A stretch of 64,000 nucleotides of DNA from NCBI RefSeq assembly GCF_009914755.1, contig NC_060927.1; one strand, written 5' to 3'. Within the stretch, counting starts at the first letter, position 1. Each line of letters begins with the position of its first letter. This DNA is from the human T2T-CHM13v2.0 reference genome, Homo sapiens. Below the pieces are notes generated by a model that saw only the letters and a list, made by a program, of their open reading frames with translations, did not search any database and had not been told where the DNA came from. Both the position numbers and the translations under genes were made by a program. Below, in pieces: positions 61,145 to 64,000 of this stretch.

Positions 61145-62001
61145 TGTTATTAAGCAAAAGGAGCTTGCTGCCATATGCACTAGAAGCCAATGCTATGACA
61201 CCGGGTTTTGAGAAAATAAACACTGTGTATTGAAAGTCAACTCTCAAGGAGATAGGAGCCAAGCTCAAATCTCCCTATGCTGGCTTCAAGGCAGTATATT
61301 TTAACTAGAAAAGGTTCAGGGAGTGGATTTTGAGATTAGTAAGTGACTGGTGGAAGGAAAGGAGAGCTCTGGAAAGGCCTTGGGCACGTGCAGTTATCTC
61401 CTCATGCTACTTCTGGGTTGCATGTGCAAATTCAGGGGGAGTTAGTAGAAAACGTGGTGTAAATTTGGGCTGTGACATCAGCAAGCTCGCTCTGCACAGA
61501 CTCCAGTAGGCCACATTGGTTCCAAAGGATTTCAGCCAGTTTTTTTAATCTCATAAGCAGAGGGAGATTCAGTGTTTCAGCAAGTTGGTTTTTTTTTTTC
61601 CTTTTCTTTTTTTATTTTTTTTTGTTTTGTTTTGTTTATTTTTTGAGATGGAGTCTTGCTCTGTCACCCAGGCTGGTGAGCAGTGGCATGATCTCAGCTC
61701 ACTGAAACCTCTGCCTCCCAGGCTCCAGTGATTCTCCTGCCTCAGCCTCCCGAGTAGCTGGGATTACTGGTGCCCGCTACCATGCCTGGCTACTTTTTTT
61801 TGTATTTTTAGTAGAGATGGGGTTTCATCATGTTGGCCAGGCTGCTCTTGAAATCCTGACCCTGTTTTTTTTGTTGTTGTTTTTGTTTGTTTGTTTGTTT
61901 TTGGGTTTTTTTTTTGGTTTTGTTTTTCTTATCAGTCATCCTGCAAACTCAGGAATTTCTGTTACTCATTGGTTTATTTAACTCTTTAGGGCATGGTTTC
62001 A
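61145..62001 (-). mobile_element. LOR1-like ERV1 solo LTR
   Basis: tgtta..ctagaagccaatgctatgacaccgggttttgagaaaa..ggtttca; TSD ctct. Confidence 0.8.
61589..61861 (-). mobile_element. 5'-truncated AluS in LOR1
   Basis: Long T-rich tail, right arm, left arm stops at cctgacc. Confidence 0.9.
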
Positions 62002-62449
62002 CTCTGGAGCCACTGTAAGAACTTTTTTGGCTTTTACTCTGAGTGAGATGGGAACCATTGCATATTTGAGTACAGATGTGATATAATTTGACTTATGTTT
62101 GAACAGAGCTAATATAAACTAAGAGTATTCTCAAGGTCAACTGGGCATATTTATTCATATTAAAGAGTTTTAGAACATTCTTTCTACTAGATACTGTCTG
62201 GAAGACAACATTGTTTAGGAAATTATCCACTTTTTCAGGGAGTTGGCAATCTCTTAGAAATGATGAGCCAAATATTTGGAAAGCAGTTAGTGCTTCAGAC
62301 AGATGAAAAATTATGATTGTAGGTAAAGGACTTTGAACAATTAAGAAGAACATTAATAGGAATCTTCCAGAATAGTTTCATAGAGAGGAAGGGACAGAAA
62401 CAAAGAAATGAAAAACTGAGGGAGAAGTTTTGAAGGATTAGGCAAATAT

Positions 62450-63872
62450 TGTTATTTTAATGATATGTCCACAAATTCTCTGATATCCCTCCCTTTGAAA
62501 AGTGAATCTTGGCTTATAATCAAAAGACAGGCAATAAAAAATGCTGGTGAGGATGTGGAGAAAAAGGAACCCTTACACTGTTGGTGGAAATGTAAATTAG
62601 TACAACCACTATGGAAGTCAGTTTGGAGGGTCCTCAACAAACTAAAAATTGAGCTACCATATGATCCAGCAACCCCTTTGCTGAATATATATGCAAAAGA
62701 AAGGACATCAGTATATTGAAAATATATCTATACTCCTATGTTTATTGCAGCACTGTTTACAATAGCTAAGATTTAGAAGCAACCTAAGTATCCATCAACA
62801 GATGAATGGATAAAGAAAATGTGGTACATACACAAAATAGAGTTAGGGTACTATTCAGCCATAAAAAAAGAATAAGATCCAGTCATTTGCAACAACATGG
62901 TTGAACTGGTTAAATGAAATAAGGCAGGCACAGAAAGATAAACATCACATGTTCTCACTTATTTGTGGGATCTAAAAATCAAAACAATTGAACTTATGGA
63001 AATAGAGAGTACAAGGATGGTTGCCATAGGCTGGGAAAGGCAGTGAGGGAGCTGAGGGGAGGTAGGGATGGCTAACAGGCACACACACACACACATAAAA
63101 ATAGAAAGAGTGAATAAGATGTACTACTTGATAGCACAATATGGTGACTATAGTCAATAATAACATAATTGTATATTTTAAAGTAACTTAAACAGTATAA
63201 TTGGATTGTTTGTAACTCAAAGGATAAATGCTTGAGGGGATGGATATCCCATTCTCCATGATGTGCTTATTTCACACTGAAATAAGGAATCTTGGAGGCC
63301 TGTATCAAACAATCTCATTACGCCATAAATATATACACCTACTATGTACCCACAAAAAAAAAAGTTTCTAAAAAGTGATTCTTAATCCACTTATTGAATA
63401 TAGACTGGACTTAATGATTCACTTTTAGCAAACAGAATATAGATGACGTGATGGAGGAAAAATCTGAGACTGGGTTATAAAAAGACTGCAGCTGCTGGCT
63501 TGGGTGCACTTTCTGACTTGCCTATACTCTGTCTTTCTCTCTCTCTCTCTCTTCCCCACTCTTCCTCTTATCACTCATTCTGAGGAAAGCCATTTCTTGA
63601 TCTTTTTCATAGAGAGACTAATATGGGGCAGCACTGAAGACTGCTGACAGCAGCCACATGAGTGAGCTCAGAGTGGACACAACAGCCCCTTCAGAGGCTG
63701 CAGGGATGGCAGACAGCCTGACTGCAATGTCGTGAAAGATGCTGAGGCAGAACCATGCAGCAAAGTCATTCCCAGATTCCTGACTCTCAGAAAATGTGTG
63801 AGATAATAAATGCTATTATTTTAAGCTGCTAAATTTTGGGGCAATTTACTACTTAGCAGTAGATGCCTAACA
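62450..63872 (+). mobile_element. MLT1 (F/G-like) LTR split by L1MA
   Basis: ccacaaattctctgata before; cagccacatgagtgagc, gattcctgac, ttttaagctgctaaattttgggg after. Confidence 0.8.
62511..63370 (+). mobile_element. L1MA2-like 3' fragment
   Basis: Peptide [17 protein letters not shown]; aaaggataaatgcttgagggg; TSD aaaagtga(a/t)tctt at 62498-62510 and 63371-63383. Confidence 0.9.
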
Positions 63873-64000
63873 CAAGGTATATTCATGAATAGAATGAACG
63901 TAGATAAAAACTGAAAGAATATTAACTTGAGAGAAGAAGAGGCGATTTGATATGTTTACTTTTTTGTTGTTGTTTGTTTGTTTTGTTTTTTGGAGACTAG

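Larger units (their letters stand above)
60490..62450 (-). mobile_element. L2 hosting a retroposed fragment and a LOR1 LTR
   Basis: catatttattga..ctaggcact, catttgagcaaaga, ggcagaggaaacagc, ttttactctgagtgagatgggaacca; right boundary approximate. Confidence 0.75.

Noticed and set aside
63955-64000. T-rich tract followed by ggagac, possibly an Alu tail
   Set aside because: Cut by the window edge, too little sequence to call

Overview
Repeat-dense primate genomic DNA, almost certainly human because it contains a human-lineage AluYb8. I find no supportable protein-coding exon, RNA gene or CRISPR array. The longer ORFs are Alu read-throughs or disrupted L1 ORF1/ORF2 remnants. The window holds one full-length L1 (20685-27814, minus) carrying a THE1/MST LTR that itself carries an AluYb8, a 4.7-kb 5'-truncated L1PA7/8 (30256-34951, plus), a two-LTR MaLR provirus (41837-44267), more than ten solo LTRs, several DNA-transposon fossils and many MIR/L2/old L1 fragments. 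LTR orientation is mixed, which fits intergenic DNA but does not prove it. Signals the repeats do not explain: a composite templated insertion in an L1 (2125-2318), a perfect 23-bp inverted repeat in unique sequence (10148-10170/11055-11077), an orphan retroposed poly(A) fragment with TSDs (60701-60870), fold-back scars including one that erases the L1 RT FADD motif, and a CpG-retaining unique block next to a GAS-bearing MER41B. I see no evidence for a novel coding system. Subfamily names come from recalled consensus motifs and need RepeatMasker/Dfam confirmation.
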